From: Vicugna vicugna
Lineage: Eukaryota
Assembly: GCA_013265495.1 (NCBI GenBank)
Contig: MU061603.1
Location: 312,923 to 376,922 of the forward strand
DNA length: 64,000 bases
Direction of reading: 5' to 3'
How positions within the stretch are numbered: the first letter of the stretch is position 1; each line of letters begins with the position of its first letter. A model generated the notes under the pieces. It was not told the DNA's origin. It searched no databases and saw only the letters and a list, made by a program, of their open reading frames with translations. Both the position numbers and the translations under genes were made by a program. This document shows positions 38,190 through 51,265 of this stretch, piece after piece.

Positions 38190-38674
38190 CTGGAGGGGGA
38201 TGGAGGGCCCAGGAGTGTGGAGAGGGCCCCACTCAGGGCACACAGCACCCCCTCCTCCCCCGCTCTCTCCAGCCTCCGGCTCCGACCCACTCCCCAAGTG
38301 CCATCAGCCGGGCCTCAGACACTCCCACCCAGTTCCGGCCCTTAGAGGCTCCTCACTACCAGAAGGGGAGCCCCAGGAACTGGGCTGGGGGGCACGAGAC
38401 CCCTACCATCCTTCTAAACCACTCAGCTCCATCCTGTTCTCCCCACCACCCTCTCCTTCCTATTTCTCTGCCCAGCTTCTGTCCTTGGCACACTACGAAG
38501 GGCCAATCACGTTTCCTCCACTGGGTGACGTCCCCCTCGCCCTGGCTTCCTGGGGCACCCCAGGCCCATCTCTGACCCCCTTGTTTCCCTCCCCATCCTA
38601 GGNNNNNNNNNNNNNNAGGTGCCCCTCTGCACCTCACGGCTCTCTCCACGCCCAGCCCCCGCAGACAGGCTCAC

Positions 38675-38764
38675 CACACATCCTTGGGCCACAGAGTAGA
38701 TTAAGATGACTATGAAGATACACAAGATGGTGCAGATCTGGATCGTCAGGCATCCTGGAAAACA
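38675..38764 (-). pseudogene. ADCY1: ADCY1 exon 12
   Basis: 90 bp, CFPGCLTIQICTILCIFIVILIYSVAQGCV; poly-T cag/gtgagc. Confidence 0.92.
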
Positions 38765-39369
38765 CTGAAAAAAAAATACTATTGAAAACACAACCTGTTT
38801 TACAAAGTCGTTTGTGGCCACAGCAGATAATTCACAGTACAGAACGTCCAGAACCATCTGAACGCGGCGAGATCCTCACCCATAATTCATCTTCCACACA
38901 CGTTTCCTGGCTGATTTCATATAATTAATCTCCCAGGTGAAAAAGTTGCCAAAATTAAAAAACTGAAAGGTGACATATTTAAATTGAAAAGAGCAACACT
39001 TCCCACCATCTGCTCTACCCTGTGACACTGACTGGCACTGAAATTCACCGAATAGATTAACTTGACATTTTTATAATACTGCATCCTTCTATCTCAGAGA
39101 TGGTAAGAATTTCCCTTTATTTGTTTCTTCTCTTACATGCTTTAAGTTTTATCATTTTCTTCACACAGGCTTTATACAATTTTTGTTAAGTTATTAGAAA
39201 TTTTATTTTAAGCCTATTTAAACACATTTTTATAATATTTGACAAATGATTTCAAGGATAGTCAGAAGATCTTAGAATCACACTTCTGAAACTAGAAATG
39301 AAAACAAAAAAAGAGACCATGGGACGCTGCAGAAAGCACGGACCAGCGAGGGTGCCCTGGGCCGGGCGT

Positions 39370-39500
39370 GTGGTTACCCCTCTAACCCTCCCACCCCGTG
39401 AAGTCGGGTTCATTACGATCCCTGCTCTACAGGTGAGGAACCGGGGCCTGGACACCACCAGCCAACCTCACTCGCTCTACAGACCAGGACACAGAGCAGG
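39370..39500 (-). mobile_element. MIR
   Basis: ctacaggtgaggaaccgggg resembles the reverse MIR core. Confidence 0.5.
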
Positions 39501-40757
39501 TTGCTCAGCTCACGTGGAGCTGAGACAGATTCACGCACAGACCAAACAATAGCACGAGAACTAATTTGTCGTCACAGCAAAAAAAGACAGCTGATCCGAC
39601 ATGAACAATGGAAAATGCCCCTAGAATGGGACCCACGATTAGTCAAAGGCAGCCCAGTGGGGTGTTAGCTGTTGGACCATCCTCAAAGCTCGCTGTCACT
39701 GTCTCAGAAAGTGACTGTGTAGCAATGGCCAGGCTGGGCGTCCCGGACCCCACGGCCAGAGGCAGTTCACAGCCAGAGCTGAATTTCAGAAAGGGCCCCA
39801 ACAGCGGGATGAGGCCACAAAGCAGGAGGATGCAGGGCAAATGTGGAGCGAGACCCTGTGCTCTGCAGGGAGAGAAGCCGTGGAGCGTGCCGTGACCAGG
39901 ACACGACACAGGAGCACTGCAGCTGCACCAAATGGTCGTGGGAGGCAGGGTGGCCGCTGAGTGATGACCCCACCGTGCCTCAGCCCTGTGGCTGCGGAGT
40001 TTAAACAGTCTAGGCAAAGGGGATAACTACACAACCACATCCTTCTCCACTCAGCCGGCCATGCTCCTGGCTTATTCTCAGGGCTCCTGCCGTGCGTTAG
40101 GGGCCAGGAGAAGGTGTGGCCCAGCTCCCTGGACCACGTACTCCCACTGCGGGGGGAGCGGGGCATTCAAAGGCTTCCAACCAGGCGACAAACTAAGAAC
40201 CATATTGTAAATCACAGTCGCACAGACTACACACAACTCAAAGAGTTCCAGGAAACGCTGATGACAATCAATAGACCGACATTTTCATTCATTCTTGTTC
40301 TGTTTCTTTTGTTTACAACTCACACACACACACACAAAAGATTTCACAGCCCCCAGTGAGTCGCAATCTGAAGTTTAAAAAATACTGACAATCTATGCTA
40401 AATAAACGAACTCAGTCCCACACAGATACACTGCAGGAGCCACTGGGGCTGTGGCAGAAAATGATGTAACATGAGGACCAGGACTGGGCATTTGCAGGGG
40501 CTGGCAGGAGCTCCTGGGTTTGTCTCTGGGGTCCCTGCCCTCTGCTTGGGCTCCCTCTCTCTTCCCAAAGAGGGAAAACCTAGAGGTTTTCTAACTTTCT
40601 ACTCACTGTCCATTCATCAACCATGTCTAATTTATCTCACCAGAGTTGCAAACCTCCTCCTTGCCTTCCCCACCCACCGCAGGACTCTCAGGGTCTAGGG
40701 TGGGCTGGGCTGGGGGCGCTCTTCCTCCCTGGAGACCAGCCCTGCCAGGGCAGCAGG

Positions 40758-41294
40758 TGTAATAGAAAAGAACAAATTTGACTTCATATTAGATCTGTTT
40801 CTTTCGCTTTAACCCTGTACCCTGTTTTCTAGGCTCAGTCTTGCCAGCTCTGCACCTTTTGTAAAACAATGTTGCCTTTAGCCTGAAATAGACAGGAGAG
40901 CCTATTCTCTGAGCTCTGACCTTTAAAGATATTAACACTTTTGTACTTATATAGAGATGACAAGTTGCAGAATAGAAAATAACATTTGTTTTGTTAGAGG
41001 TTTTACAGGGACACCATGACCTGACCCACGTGGACAGCTGCAAGCACAAAGAATTCCAAGAACAGAATTCCTGCACCAAGAAGTCTGCAACAACCAACCA
41101 CAGCCCCTCTCCTTTTTAGTATAAAAGGAGCCTGTAATGTGACTTAGAGAAGATGGTTCTCCAGGACATTAGTTTGCCATCTTCTCAAGTCAGCCGGTTT
41201 TCTGAATACAGTCACTACTTCTTGCCCCAACACCTGGTCTCCTGATTTACTGGCCTATCATGTGGCAAGCAGAATGAGGTTGATCTTGGTAACA
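40758..41294 (+). mobile_element. Solo LTR (ERV1/MER41-like), copy 1
   Basis: TGTAATAG...GGTAACA termini, TATA-like tataaaagg, near-TSD cagg/caga; clearly homologous to 55697-56127. Confidence 0.8.
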
Positions 41295-43399
41295 CAGAGA
41301 GGGGAGGAAGCCCAAGTGAGGACTCTCATCTCCTGAGGGAGCCCCTCTGCCTGTGCTCAGAAGACCACAAAGGGGTGACTAGGACAGTGGATGGAAAAAA
41401 GAGGCTGAAATATGACCATCAGCACCATGCCTGGGTGAGAAAGATGAGGGGGGTTGCTGTCTAAGGCACAACGGCCTCCTTCCAAGTCACATCACCCTCG
41501 TGACCCCAGGAAGCAGAGAGGCCTGGAGCCCCAGAGAGCAAAGTGCACCTGAAACTGCAGGTGCCCAGTGACTGGTCCAGTGTGCACCCCTCTGGCACCC
41601 GCCTCACTGCTCCTCCTCCCCCCGCCCCACCTGCTCAGCCTTGGTCCCACCACATCCCCAACCAGGGCCAGCACCACTGCAGGAATGCCCTCGGCAGGCT
41701 GCGCAGCCTCAGCTGCGTCCGCACGCCTGGTCAGTCCAGCTCTGCCCCTTTCCAGCCCTCACCGTGACTCTCCAGCCACCTGCTCTCCTGCTCTCCCGCT
41801 CTCCACCCTGAGCCCTGTAGAGCGCCTCCTCTGGTCACGGCATCCTGGCCTCCAGGACGGACAGGGATCCCGCCCCTTTGCTTCACCGGCTTCTCCTCTT
41901 GTTCTAAGAATGTTCAGTTGCGCCTATGGCATCCCAGGCCCTGCTCCCAGGACTTTGCGAATATCAGCTCCAATTCCCATCCCTTTCACAGACAAAGACA
42001 CGAAGGCCATAGAGCTGGCAGCCCCTAGTGACGAGGGAGCCAGTGGGGTGGGTGAAGGGCCCAGGTGGTCCCAGAGCTGCCACACCAGCCCTGATGCCCT
42101 GGCTGTGGCCACTTCTATGTCACGGGGGAAAGCCCTCTGCTGGCTCCCAGACCTTCTTGGGGATGTGTGGCTGCAATGGGTCCCAACTCAGCCGCGTGCA
42201 CAGCTGTGCCCACTGGCATCATCTCCCTTCCTCGGTACGTGCTGGGCCTCTGCTGGACAGTTCTGTCCCACCTGCCGGCCCCCATCCTCCCCAGCTGGAT
42301 CCTGCTGACCATGCCCCCCTGTCTCCTGGCCCCAGTCTTCTGCACAAGCCCCGTGGTGAACTCAGAGCCCTGCTGTCACGTCCAGGGCCTCAGGAGGGGA
42401 GAGTGTCAGCACGAGGGTCGCCCCTGAACAGACACACGCCGGCTGGGTGAACTGAAGCCGCCTGCCGTCAGGACCGTGCGCTCTGCCCGAGCTGCTTCCT
42501 GACCCGCAGCCGGGAGGGGGACCTGCTGCCGCGCTGGGTCAAAATCATACTTAGAAAAAAATGCTCAGGCCAAGGAGGGAGGGCGAGGAGGGGTGAGCGG
42601 ACATTCAGAAAGAAAGGGGCTGGCGGAGCCTGGGCCCCCTCCACCAGGAGAGCTGTTTGTCCACCAGGCACACAGGTCCCCAACAATGGGGACGAGTGTG
42701 ACAGGACTTAGAAACCAGCATCTATTTGCAATGCTTTCACTTGAAATTAGGTGAATAAAGCCATCTTATGTGAAGTGGGAAGTTTCACTTGACCCAATCA
42801 GATGCCACTCCGTCTATGAAATCAAAGAGCTAGGATTGTGGTTATTTATTCAAATAGCATTTTTTGTTTTGTCTCAACCTAAATCAAGAAGGTACGCATG
42901 AATAATAAAGAATTTAAATAAATACACCTAGATTCAATCTTCTCACAAAGCAGTTGTTTTCAACAATTGTACAAAGATAACCCAGGGTCTCTCAAACATG
43001 ACAGCTGGGGGTCTAGGGGGGAAATGGGACTTTTGAAAAAGAAGGTTCAGAACAGAGCCCTCTCCTGGGAGCCTCGGGCGGCACGGGGCCACAAGCTCAA
43101 CCCTGGCTCCAAAGTCAAAGAATCTTCGAGAGTGTGGAGCCCCCAGTCTAGGACACGATCACATGACAGGGCACAGGACCCTCCTTTGGAGGGAACAGTG
43201 TCACCCCTTGTGTTCATTTATTCAGTCACCATCCACACCCACCCCTTGCGCCTACGGGGCACGCTCCCAGAACTCCAAACAGCACCCACACAGGATGGGG
43301 CCCAGTGAGTTTCTCCCACATGGATAAGGCTTTTCACCTGCCAGAAGGTGAGGGACAAACTGCCTCCACCTGTCCTGCCACGAGGGCATGCAGAGGCCG

Positions 43400-43575
43400 T
43401 GCACTTACCTGTGCAGGTGATAGGTACAAGACACACACACGTGCATCTGGACCAGGTAACGTGCAGGTGCATCTCACACACACGCGTGTACCTGGATCAG
43501 GTGAAGAGCAGGTACAGGACACACCATGCACGTACCTGGACCCGGGTGATGTGCAGGTACAGGACACAGGACACC
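43400..43575. repeat. Degenerate ~44-bp minisatellite derived from the ADCY1 exon 11 3' end
   Basis: About 4 units of gtacctggac..ggtga..tgcaggtacaggacac starting near 43400, 43441, 43486 and 43530. Confidence 0.75.
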
Positions 43576-43620
43576 AGGAAGCAGATGCAAAACACCAGCA
43601 GGAGCAGGACGGCCACACTC
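43536..43620 (-). pseudogene. ADCY1: ADCY1 exon 11
   Basis: 85 bp, SVAVLLLLVFCICFLVSCVLYLHITRVQ; tag/gtacgt. Confidence 0.92.
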
Positions 43621-44437
43621 CTAGGACAGATGACACACAGTCCCTGCAGGCTGGGCCAGGTGACGTGTGCCCAGAGGATGCCTGGGACCGCGCCCTTCCT
43701 CCCCTGCCCCACCCGGGTCCCAGCCCCGGGGAAGCAGCAGTGGTCTCTGGGGAGCTGCCCGTGATGGTCCTTTTCTAGCAGAGGAGCCCTTCCTGTGTCC
43801 CCCCTAAGTTCCCTGCCACCCCAGGGTCCCTCTAGCCCTGGGAGTGCCTGAGAGGCGCTCTCCTCATGCGGGAAGGACGAGGGCTGCACAGACTTGGCTG
43901 CTGGGCACTGCCCTCTTCCTGGGCCTCATCTGGAAAGGGTTTTTCTAGAAAAAGTTGGATCCCCAGGCAGGGCCATGCAGACGGCCACTGCGTGTCCACA
44001 GTGTCTGGGGCTGGGGGTGGCTTCCATGTGTTTTCTGGAAACTCACAGGGGAATCACTCCACTTGGGAGGTTTATTAACAAAGCCGTAGGTCTGCAAGAA
44101 AAGTGGAGATTTTCTGGGGTCTTTCTTGCCTCAAACCCAAAACTGCCAAACTCACTTTGATTCATAATGATTAAATGTTATTAAAATTATTATATCTGTG
44201 TTCCTTTCCAGAACCTACTTTTTCTCATTTTAATGTTTCTGAAAATTTGTTGACAAGCACCTGGAAATCAGGGTGCCTGTTTGGTCTGTTTCCTCTCGCA
44301 GAAACTGTCATGAAGCCAGTGGTGCACGTGCTGTGGACAGAGAGGACTTAGAATTGAGTAAATTTAAAATTAAAAACTGAGAACCAGCAGCCCCGCACAC
44401 CAGCCAGCAGGCTCGCACAGCCAGTTCCTCCAGGAAA

Positions 44438-44525
44438 TGACGTGTGTCCCGGGGGGGTGTGGACCTCGTTTGTAGAGAAAGAGGAGTGGTTCTGAGTTTT
44501 TCTGAGACTGTTCTCAACGCCCTCC
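44438..44525 (-). repeat. Degenerate partial duplicate of ADCY1 exon 9 in intron 10
   Basis: ~88 bp aligning by eye to 45012-45101 with roughly a dozen differences including two 1-bp gaps. Confidence 0.85.
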
Positions 44526-44630
44526 AGAGGCGGGGGCACCATGGGACTGTGACTGCGGGAGTCAAACCTGAACTTGAAAAGCAAAGGACTCTTGGTGACC
44601 TCTGACGGATGGACCCAGAACAACACTTAC

Positions 44631-44728
44631 TGCAGGATTATCAGCAGGTAGACAAGGCCGAATAAGGCGGCCAGAATGAGGGCCAGAATGACGGCGCTGG
44701 TAAAATACTCGTCCTGAAGCTGGTGGTA
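44631..44728 (-). pseudogene. ADCY1: ADCY1 exon 10 (first helix of second TM cluster)
   Basis: 98 bp, YHQLQDEYFTSAVILALILAALFGLVYLLIIL; tag/gtaagt. Confidence 0.92.
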
Positions 44729-44907
44729 CTACAAGACAGAAATCCCCCATCAGTGGTCTTGGCTTCCCAGAGACGCCAGGGTCTTCCCAAGGGTGCCGGG
44801 GATGCCCAGAACCACTGCAGCATTGAGAAGGGCCACAACCACGTTCACAGGATGTCCCAGGGACCCAGCCTCCCGCCACCCCCGACTGCCCCCACCCCGG
44901 CACCTAC

Positions 44908-45102
44908 CTTCCTCTCTCACTCAGCCTGCTTGTACTTCAGGGTGAAGAAGTTCAGGTCCGCCATCTCCAGCTCCATCTGCCGGGCTTCCAGGAGGCGGCC
45001 GATGTACCTGTTGACGCGTGTCCCGGGGGTGGCGTGGACCACGTTTGTAGAGAAAGAGGAGCGGTTTCTGAGCTTTTCCGAGGCTGTTCTCAGTGCCCTC
45101 CT
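44908..45102 (-). pseudogene. ADCY1: ADCY1 exon 9 with premature TGA
   Basis: 195 bp, RRALRTASEKLRNRSSFSTNVVHATPGTRVNRYIGRLLEARQMELEMADLNFFTLKYKQAE*ERK; TGA at 44917-44919 (probably CGA->TGA). Confidence 0.93.
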
Positions 45103-45429
45103 CTACCCATCACGGGAAGAAAGGAAGAAATGTTGTCAAACTCTCCACTTACCAAAAAAGAGAACTCTTATGTGTCCCTCCTTCTGGATCCTCGCCCACT
45201 GCAGCGTCTGGGGGGCCTGGTGTGGGGATCTGGGATGCAGGTGTGGCTCCACCACCTGCTGGTGGCAAGATCCCAGGTGAGTTATCTCATCACTGGTGTT
45301 TGGGCTCCTGTGTCTGTAAGTGGGGTTACACGGCACCTGAGTGGTGGCTCCGTGTGGAGGGTTTCTGGGCCCCATATGGAGAACTGGACAGTGCCCAGCA
45401 CACAGCAATGAACTTGGCTCTTTGAAAAT

Positions 45430-47198
45430 ACTGATAAAATCAGTAGGTCTCTAGCAGTAAATCTGACAGCTTAGATCAATGACCTACTCCTTGAAACACA
45501 CAAACTACCACAACTCACCCAACAGGAAAGATAATTGGGATAGCCCTGTACTTGCTAAAGAAAGTTAATTCATAATTTTAAAATTCATGAAAAAGTAATC
45601 TCCAGGCCGAGATGATTTCACCAGAGAATTCTACCAAACAGTTAAATAAAAATTAACAAAAATTCTATACAATAGATTCTAGAAAATAGAAGAGGAGATA
45701 ACAGTTTCCAGCTCACTTTATAAAGTCAACATTAACCTGACACCAAAACCAGACTAAGACAGCAAAAAAAAAAAAAATTACATTTGAGGCCATATTCCTC
45801 ATGAATACTGATGGAAAAAATCCTTGGCAAAACATTAGTAGATAGAATTTAGCAATATATAGAGGTATATAGCATGACCATTTCAAGATATGCAAGGCTG
45901 TTTAAATATTTGAACATCAGTGCAATTCATTATGTTAAAACCACATTAACCATCATGTGGAAAACCCCATGGTCATATCCATTGATACAGAAAAAGCACT
46001 GGACAAAATTCAATATCCATTCATGATAAACATGCTCAGAAAACTAGGAATGGAGGGAAACCTGCCCAACTTGATGAAAAACGTCTACAGCTAACATCAC
46101 ACTCAATGGTAAAAGACTGAATGTTGTCCCTCTACAATCTGCAGTCAGAGCTGTCCGTCTCACTCTCCTATTTGATATAGCGCTAGAACCCCCCTAACCG
46201 GTGTGATAAGGTAAGAAAAGGAAATAAAAAGCAGGTGGATCAGACAGAAAGAAAGCTGTCCCTATTTGCAGATGATATGATAGCCTACATAGAAAATCCT
46301 GATGGAAGAAAAGATCCTGGAACGAATGAGTAAGTTCCACAGGGTCACAGGATACAAGATAAACATTAAAAGTCAATCATATTTCTTCATACTAGCTATG
46401 AGCACGTGAAGACCAAAATTAAGATACAGTAACATTTACAATCACTGAGAAAGTGAAATACTAGTGAATCTAACAAAACACATACAGAACTGTAGGCTGA
46501 AAACTACAGAGCGCCAGTGAAAGAAAGCAAAGCAGACCACAGTAAATGGACATACTATCAAGGATTAGAAGATTCAACATAGTGAAGATGTCAATTCTTC
46601 CCACGTGGATGGACACAAGTTTAACATAATTCCCCTCAAATCCTAGAAGGACTTTTTTTTTTTTGGTAGAAATACAAGTTTATTCTAAATATGAAACGGA
46701 ATGGCAAAGGGACTAGAATAGGCCTTTTTCTTAAAAAGAATCAAGTGAGAGCAATCACTCTGACAGGGACTGACAGTGACTTACTATCTAAATCCGGACA
46801 ATGTGGTGATGGCACAGGGATAGATAGACACACAGATCAAGGGAACAGAACACAGAGCCCAGAAACAGCCTCACACAAGTGTGGGCAACTGATTTTTTGT
46901 TGTTGGGGCTGGTTTTTTGAGGGGGAGGTATTAAGCTTTATTTATTTCTTTATATATTTAGAGGAGGTACTGGGGATTGAACCCAGGACCTCATGCACGC
47001 TATGCATGCGCTCCACCACGTGAGCTATCCCCTCCTCTGCAATGGGCAACCGATTTTTGACAAAGTGCAAACGCAATTCAATGGAAAAAGCTTGGTTTTT
47101 CAACAAACAGTGTTGGGGCCTCTGCAGAGCCATTAGCAAAAACAAATAAATAAACCTTGACCCAAACTTCACACTTAATTTTAAAGAACTAACTCAGA
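45430..47198 (+). mobile_element. Old L1 ORF2 (RT region) fragment
   Basis: L1 ORF2-like runs (ccaggccgagatgatttcaccagagaattctaccaaac; ctatttgcagatgatatgat = LFADDM; tcacacaagtgtgggcaactgatttt). Confidence 0.88.
46919..47037 (-). mobile_element. tRNA-derived SINE nested in L1
   Basis: Reverse complement gaggaggggatagctcacgtggtggagcgcatgcatagc...gaggtcctgggttcaatccccagtacctcc. Confidence 0.88.
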
Positions 47199-48120
47199 AT
47201 GGATCCTAGGTGATCAAAAAGCACATGAAAAAATGCTCAATATCACTAATTATCAGAGAAATGCAAATCAAAACTACAATGAGGTATCACCTCATACCAG
47301 TCAGAATGGCCATCATNNNNNNNNNNNNNNNNNNNNNNNNNNNNNNNNNNNNNNNNNNNNNNNNNNNNNNNNNNNNNNNNNNNNNNNNNNNNNNNNNNNN
47401 NNNNNNNNNNNNNNNNNNNNNNNNNNNNNNNNNNNNNNNNNNNNNNNNNNNNNNNNNNNNNNNNNNNNNNNNNNNNNNNNNNNNNNNNNNNNNNNNNNGA
47501 AATCTACTTCAGGANNNNNNNNNNNNNNNNNNNNNNNNNNNNNNNNNNNNNNNNNNNNNNNNNNNNNNNNNNNNNNNNNNNNNNNNNNNNNNNNNNNNNN
47601 NNNNNNNNNNNNNNNNNNNNNNNNNNNNNNNNNNNNNNNNNNNNNNNNNNNNNNNNNNNNNNNNNNNNNCATTTGCAGTAACATGGATGCTCCTGGGAAA
47701 TGTCATTCTAAGTGAAGTAAGCCAGAAAGAGAAAGAAAAATACCATATGAGATCGCTCATATGTGGAATCTAAAAAACAAAAACAAAAACAAACAAACAA
47801 AAACAAAGCATAAATACAGGACAGAAATAGACTCATGGACAGAGAATACAGACTTGTGGTTACCAGGGGGGTAGAGGGTGGGAAGGGATAGACTGGGATT
47901 TCAAAATTGTAGAATAGATAAACAAGATTACACTGTATAGCACAATTACACTGTATAGCACAGGGAAATATACACAAAATGTTATGATAAATCACAGAGA
48001 AAAAAATGTGACAATGAGTGTGTAGTGTATATGCAATGACTGAAAAATTGTGCTGAACACTGGAATTTGACACAACATTGTAAAATGATTATAAATCAAT
48101 AGAAAATGTTAAAAAAAAAA
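47199..48120 (+). mobile_element. Young L1 3' end (ORF2 C-terminus plus camelid-type 3' UTR and poly-A)
   Basis: [33 protein letters not shown]...FAVTWMLLGNVILSEVSQKEKEKYHMRSLICGI*, then 3' UTR ending in poly-A at ~48110-48120; two N-gaps inside. Confidence 0.9.
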
Positions 48121-49190
48121 GAAAAGAAAATAAACACTTGAAGAGATGTGCGACATCATTAGCCATCAGGGAAATACAAAATAAAATCACAAAGAGATAT
48201 CCCCACACATTTGTTACAACAGTAATGTTTGGGGAAAAAAAAAAAGGAGTGACAGGACCAAGTGCTGACAAGGAAGCAGAGAAAACTGGATCACGCACAC
48301 ACTGCTGATGGGAAGGTGAAATGGGATGGTCACTTCAGAAAACAGTTTGGCTGTTCCCTATAAAAGAGATAACAAGTGAGGAGGCTATAGTTGTAGAGCA
48401 CATGCTTAGGATGCACAAGGTCCTGGGTTCAATCCCCAGCACTTCCAGTAAATCAATCAATCAATCAATCAATAAACCGTTACCACACCTCAAAAAACAA
48501 AAGAAAAAAACACGACCCATTAATGGCACACCTGAGCATCAATCTGAGACAATGAAAATTTATGTCTACATAAAAATCTGTACCTGCATGTTTATAGTAG
48601 TTGTATATGTAATATACAAATTGGAAGCAACCTAAATGTCCTTCAGCAGGTGAGTGGCTGAACAAAAGTGAGCCATCCCAGCCACGCCGTGCCAGCCAGC
48701 CACGGAAAGGAAGGCGCTACCCATCCCAACAATAACCCAGAAGGACACAGGGGCATGGAGCTGAGTGACGAAATGGCCAAGTTCCCAAGGTCACACACTG
48801 TGTGATTCCATTTACACCAAATTCTCAAGTGACAAAGTTACAGGCAGGGAGAACCAGTGTTAAGGATGGCTGTGGGGAGGGAGGCGGTGTGACCCTGAGC
48901 AGGGAGAGACCTTGGTGGTGATGGAAATGTTCTGTATGTAATGTCACGTGTGGATGGTTACACGAATCCACCATGTGATGAGGTGGCACAGGACTACACA
49001 CTCGGTGCTCCAATGTCCGTTTCCTAGTCTGGGTGTCACACTAGTTTTAAGATGCAACAGAAACCCCGTGGGAAACTGTGTGGAGGGTACAGGCTGCTTG
49101 ATTCCACAGCTCACACGCATGCAATCAACAGTCTATCAATTCTATCTCCAGAAAGCTGAAAAAATATTAAATAAGTAAATAAACAAAACC
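48121..49190 (+). mobile_element. Old L1 (L1MB/MC-like) ORF2 end and 3' UTR
   Basis: catcattagccatcagggaaatacaaa; ggaagcaacctaaatgtccttcagcaggtgagtgg; tggtgatggaaatgttctgtat. Confidence 0.8.
48378..48510 (+). mobile_element. tRNA-derived SINE nested in L1
   Basis: gtagagcacatgcttaggatgcacaaggtcctgggttcaatccccagc, (TCAA)n, A-rich tail. Confidence 0.85.
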
Positions 49191-51199
49191 TAAGTCACTC
49201 CCAATCTCTGCTTGGAAATAAACCGTCAGTCTTTTGCAGTACATCCCTCCAAATTTTTCCCTAAGCAAGTACCAGCCTGGGAATGTGTTATTTTCCAATC
49301 AGAGGCTCGCACTTCCAATTCCAGATGTGCTCTGGCCTCCCCTGGGCCTGAAACCAAGCACGGAAAAGACTGCAAGCGGGAGAGAAAGAAACTGTGAAGT
49401 CTGCCTTGAGTTAATGTGCGAGTGTCTTGTGCTCCTGTGAATTCTTTCTCCCTCTAGGACCTGACACATTTGTAAATATCAAGGAAATAAAAAAAGTTGA
49501 TGTTGTGTCTGTGAGACTGGGAGCTGGCTCTCCTGTGGGGAGGGCCCAGGAGGCTGCCTTTAGGCAGGTATCACACACAGTCATCAGATTTCAGGGTTTT
49601 GTGCTGAGTTATTTTGTGTGGGCAGGGCTGACATCTGGGGGGCAGATGTCACCCTCGGCCCTCAGGGCGGCTGAACAGTGGGATGGGAACTCCATCAGTG
49701 GAGAATGTTAACCATGGCCAGCTCCTGGCATCTGGCATCGTAATTACAGATTTTCCCCTTTGTCATGCTTTGCTCTTCTTTCCCACAACAAACATATACT
49801 TCCTTTAAAAACAAATCCAAATCAAGTCAAGGGAAAATATTGCTAATTTTGAAGTGATACTTGGCTTTCTGAGCGTCTTTCTTGACCCGCCAAAGGGAAG
49901 GATATCGCAGGGATGCAAAAACCAGGGGCTGTGCAACCTGAAGTGAGCTGCTTAACTTCTCTGTGCTCCACTTTCCTAGTTAGCGCTCATGAGGATCTAG
50001 AAATGTTCATACTCCAAGGAAAGACACCTGGCCCAGAGGGAGTCCTCCAGCTGGCCATCATTGTCCTGAAGCAGACAAGCAGCTGAGATCAATAAGTGTT
50101 CCCAAGTCTGCAAAGCACAGAGCTGTGTCTCGGGTCTCCTGCTCTGTCCAGCAGCTTTCCAGATACCAGTGCAGACTGTCCCCAGGTGGGCAGACCTGAC
50201 CTGGGTCTCGACCACAGTGAGTGACCTTCTACTCAGAAGCTTAGTGGCCAATGGTGACTGTAAGCTGGTCTGACTTATCTGGGGCTGATGGACCTTGGAG
50301 CCACCTCAGGTTAGCCTGTCACCTCAAGGTTTACAGTCTCCTCCTGCAGCAACTAAAAGCCACTGACAAAAGAGTGGCACATGCATCACTGTGATGGCAG
50401 AGAGGGGAGCCCTCGGCTGCCCCTCGCAGTGGGTGTACCTCAAGCATCCTGATTTAGCGGGGACAGAAAGTGAGTAAAAACCTACTAAACATCAAAGAAA
50501 CCTTGCAGGATCCTGTAACTCTGTTCACCCTGTAAGAGTCAGAGGAGAAGACCCACCAGACTGACCATCTCAAGAGATGCTGAATAGCATTTTCTAAAAT
50601 TCAACATCTCATTTTAAAAAGTGCACACACTCACTCACATGGGCTACTTTCTTGAGATAATTTGGTACCTATGACAACTTCTTAACCAAAAGCATTGCAA
50701 TTAATAGTAAACCTTTGTTTTAGCTAATTAAGGCCAGAATGGAAAAGAATGCCACTCATCAGCATCACTTAATAAAGGATGTAAAAGAGAAACAAAAATG
50801 ATCAGCATTTAAACATGATACTACTGTGAGCTCTGGAGTTACCCAGCTAGATAAGGATGAAATAGGAGTAGCTGGTGCCTTCCAAATGTGAGCAATGGTT
50901 CCCCTTCTAAAAAAAAAAAATAAATGTGATACTACTGTAGATCAAAAAAGTCGAAGGAAGTAAAAATTTACTAGAAGCATTTTCAGTAAGGGTGATCCAA
51001 CCAACATCAACTGGAATTTTATCTTCATTAAATTCAGATACTGGAAAATATATTTTTAAAGAATTCCTAGACATGTTTAAAACACAAAGCTGGGAGAAGG
51101 GGCAGGAAAGGCCCTCTGTGGCTCTGAAACAGGAGAGCAGGAGGGAAAGCAGGAGGGACAGCACGGAGCCAAAAATACTTCAAATGTGCTGAGCCCGAG

Positions 51200-51265
51200 G
51201 TCAGGGTAGAGCTCAGCGGGAGAGTGCGTGCTTACCAGCAGGCACCAGGTCCCGGGTTTAAGGCC
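51200..51265 (+). mobile_element. SINE 5' fragment
   Basis: agggtagagctcagcgggagagtgcgtgctt...ggtcccgggtttaa resembles the head of the same family. Confidence 0.55.
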
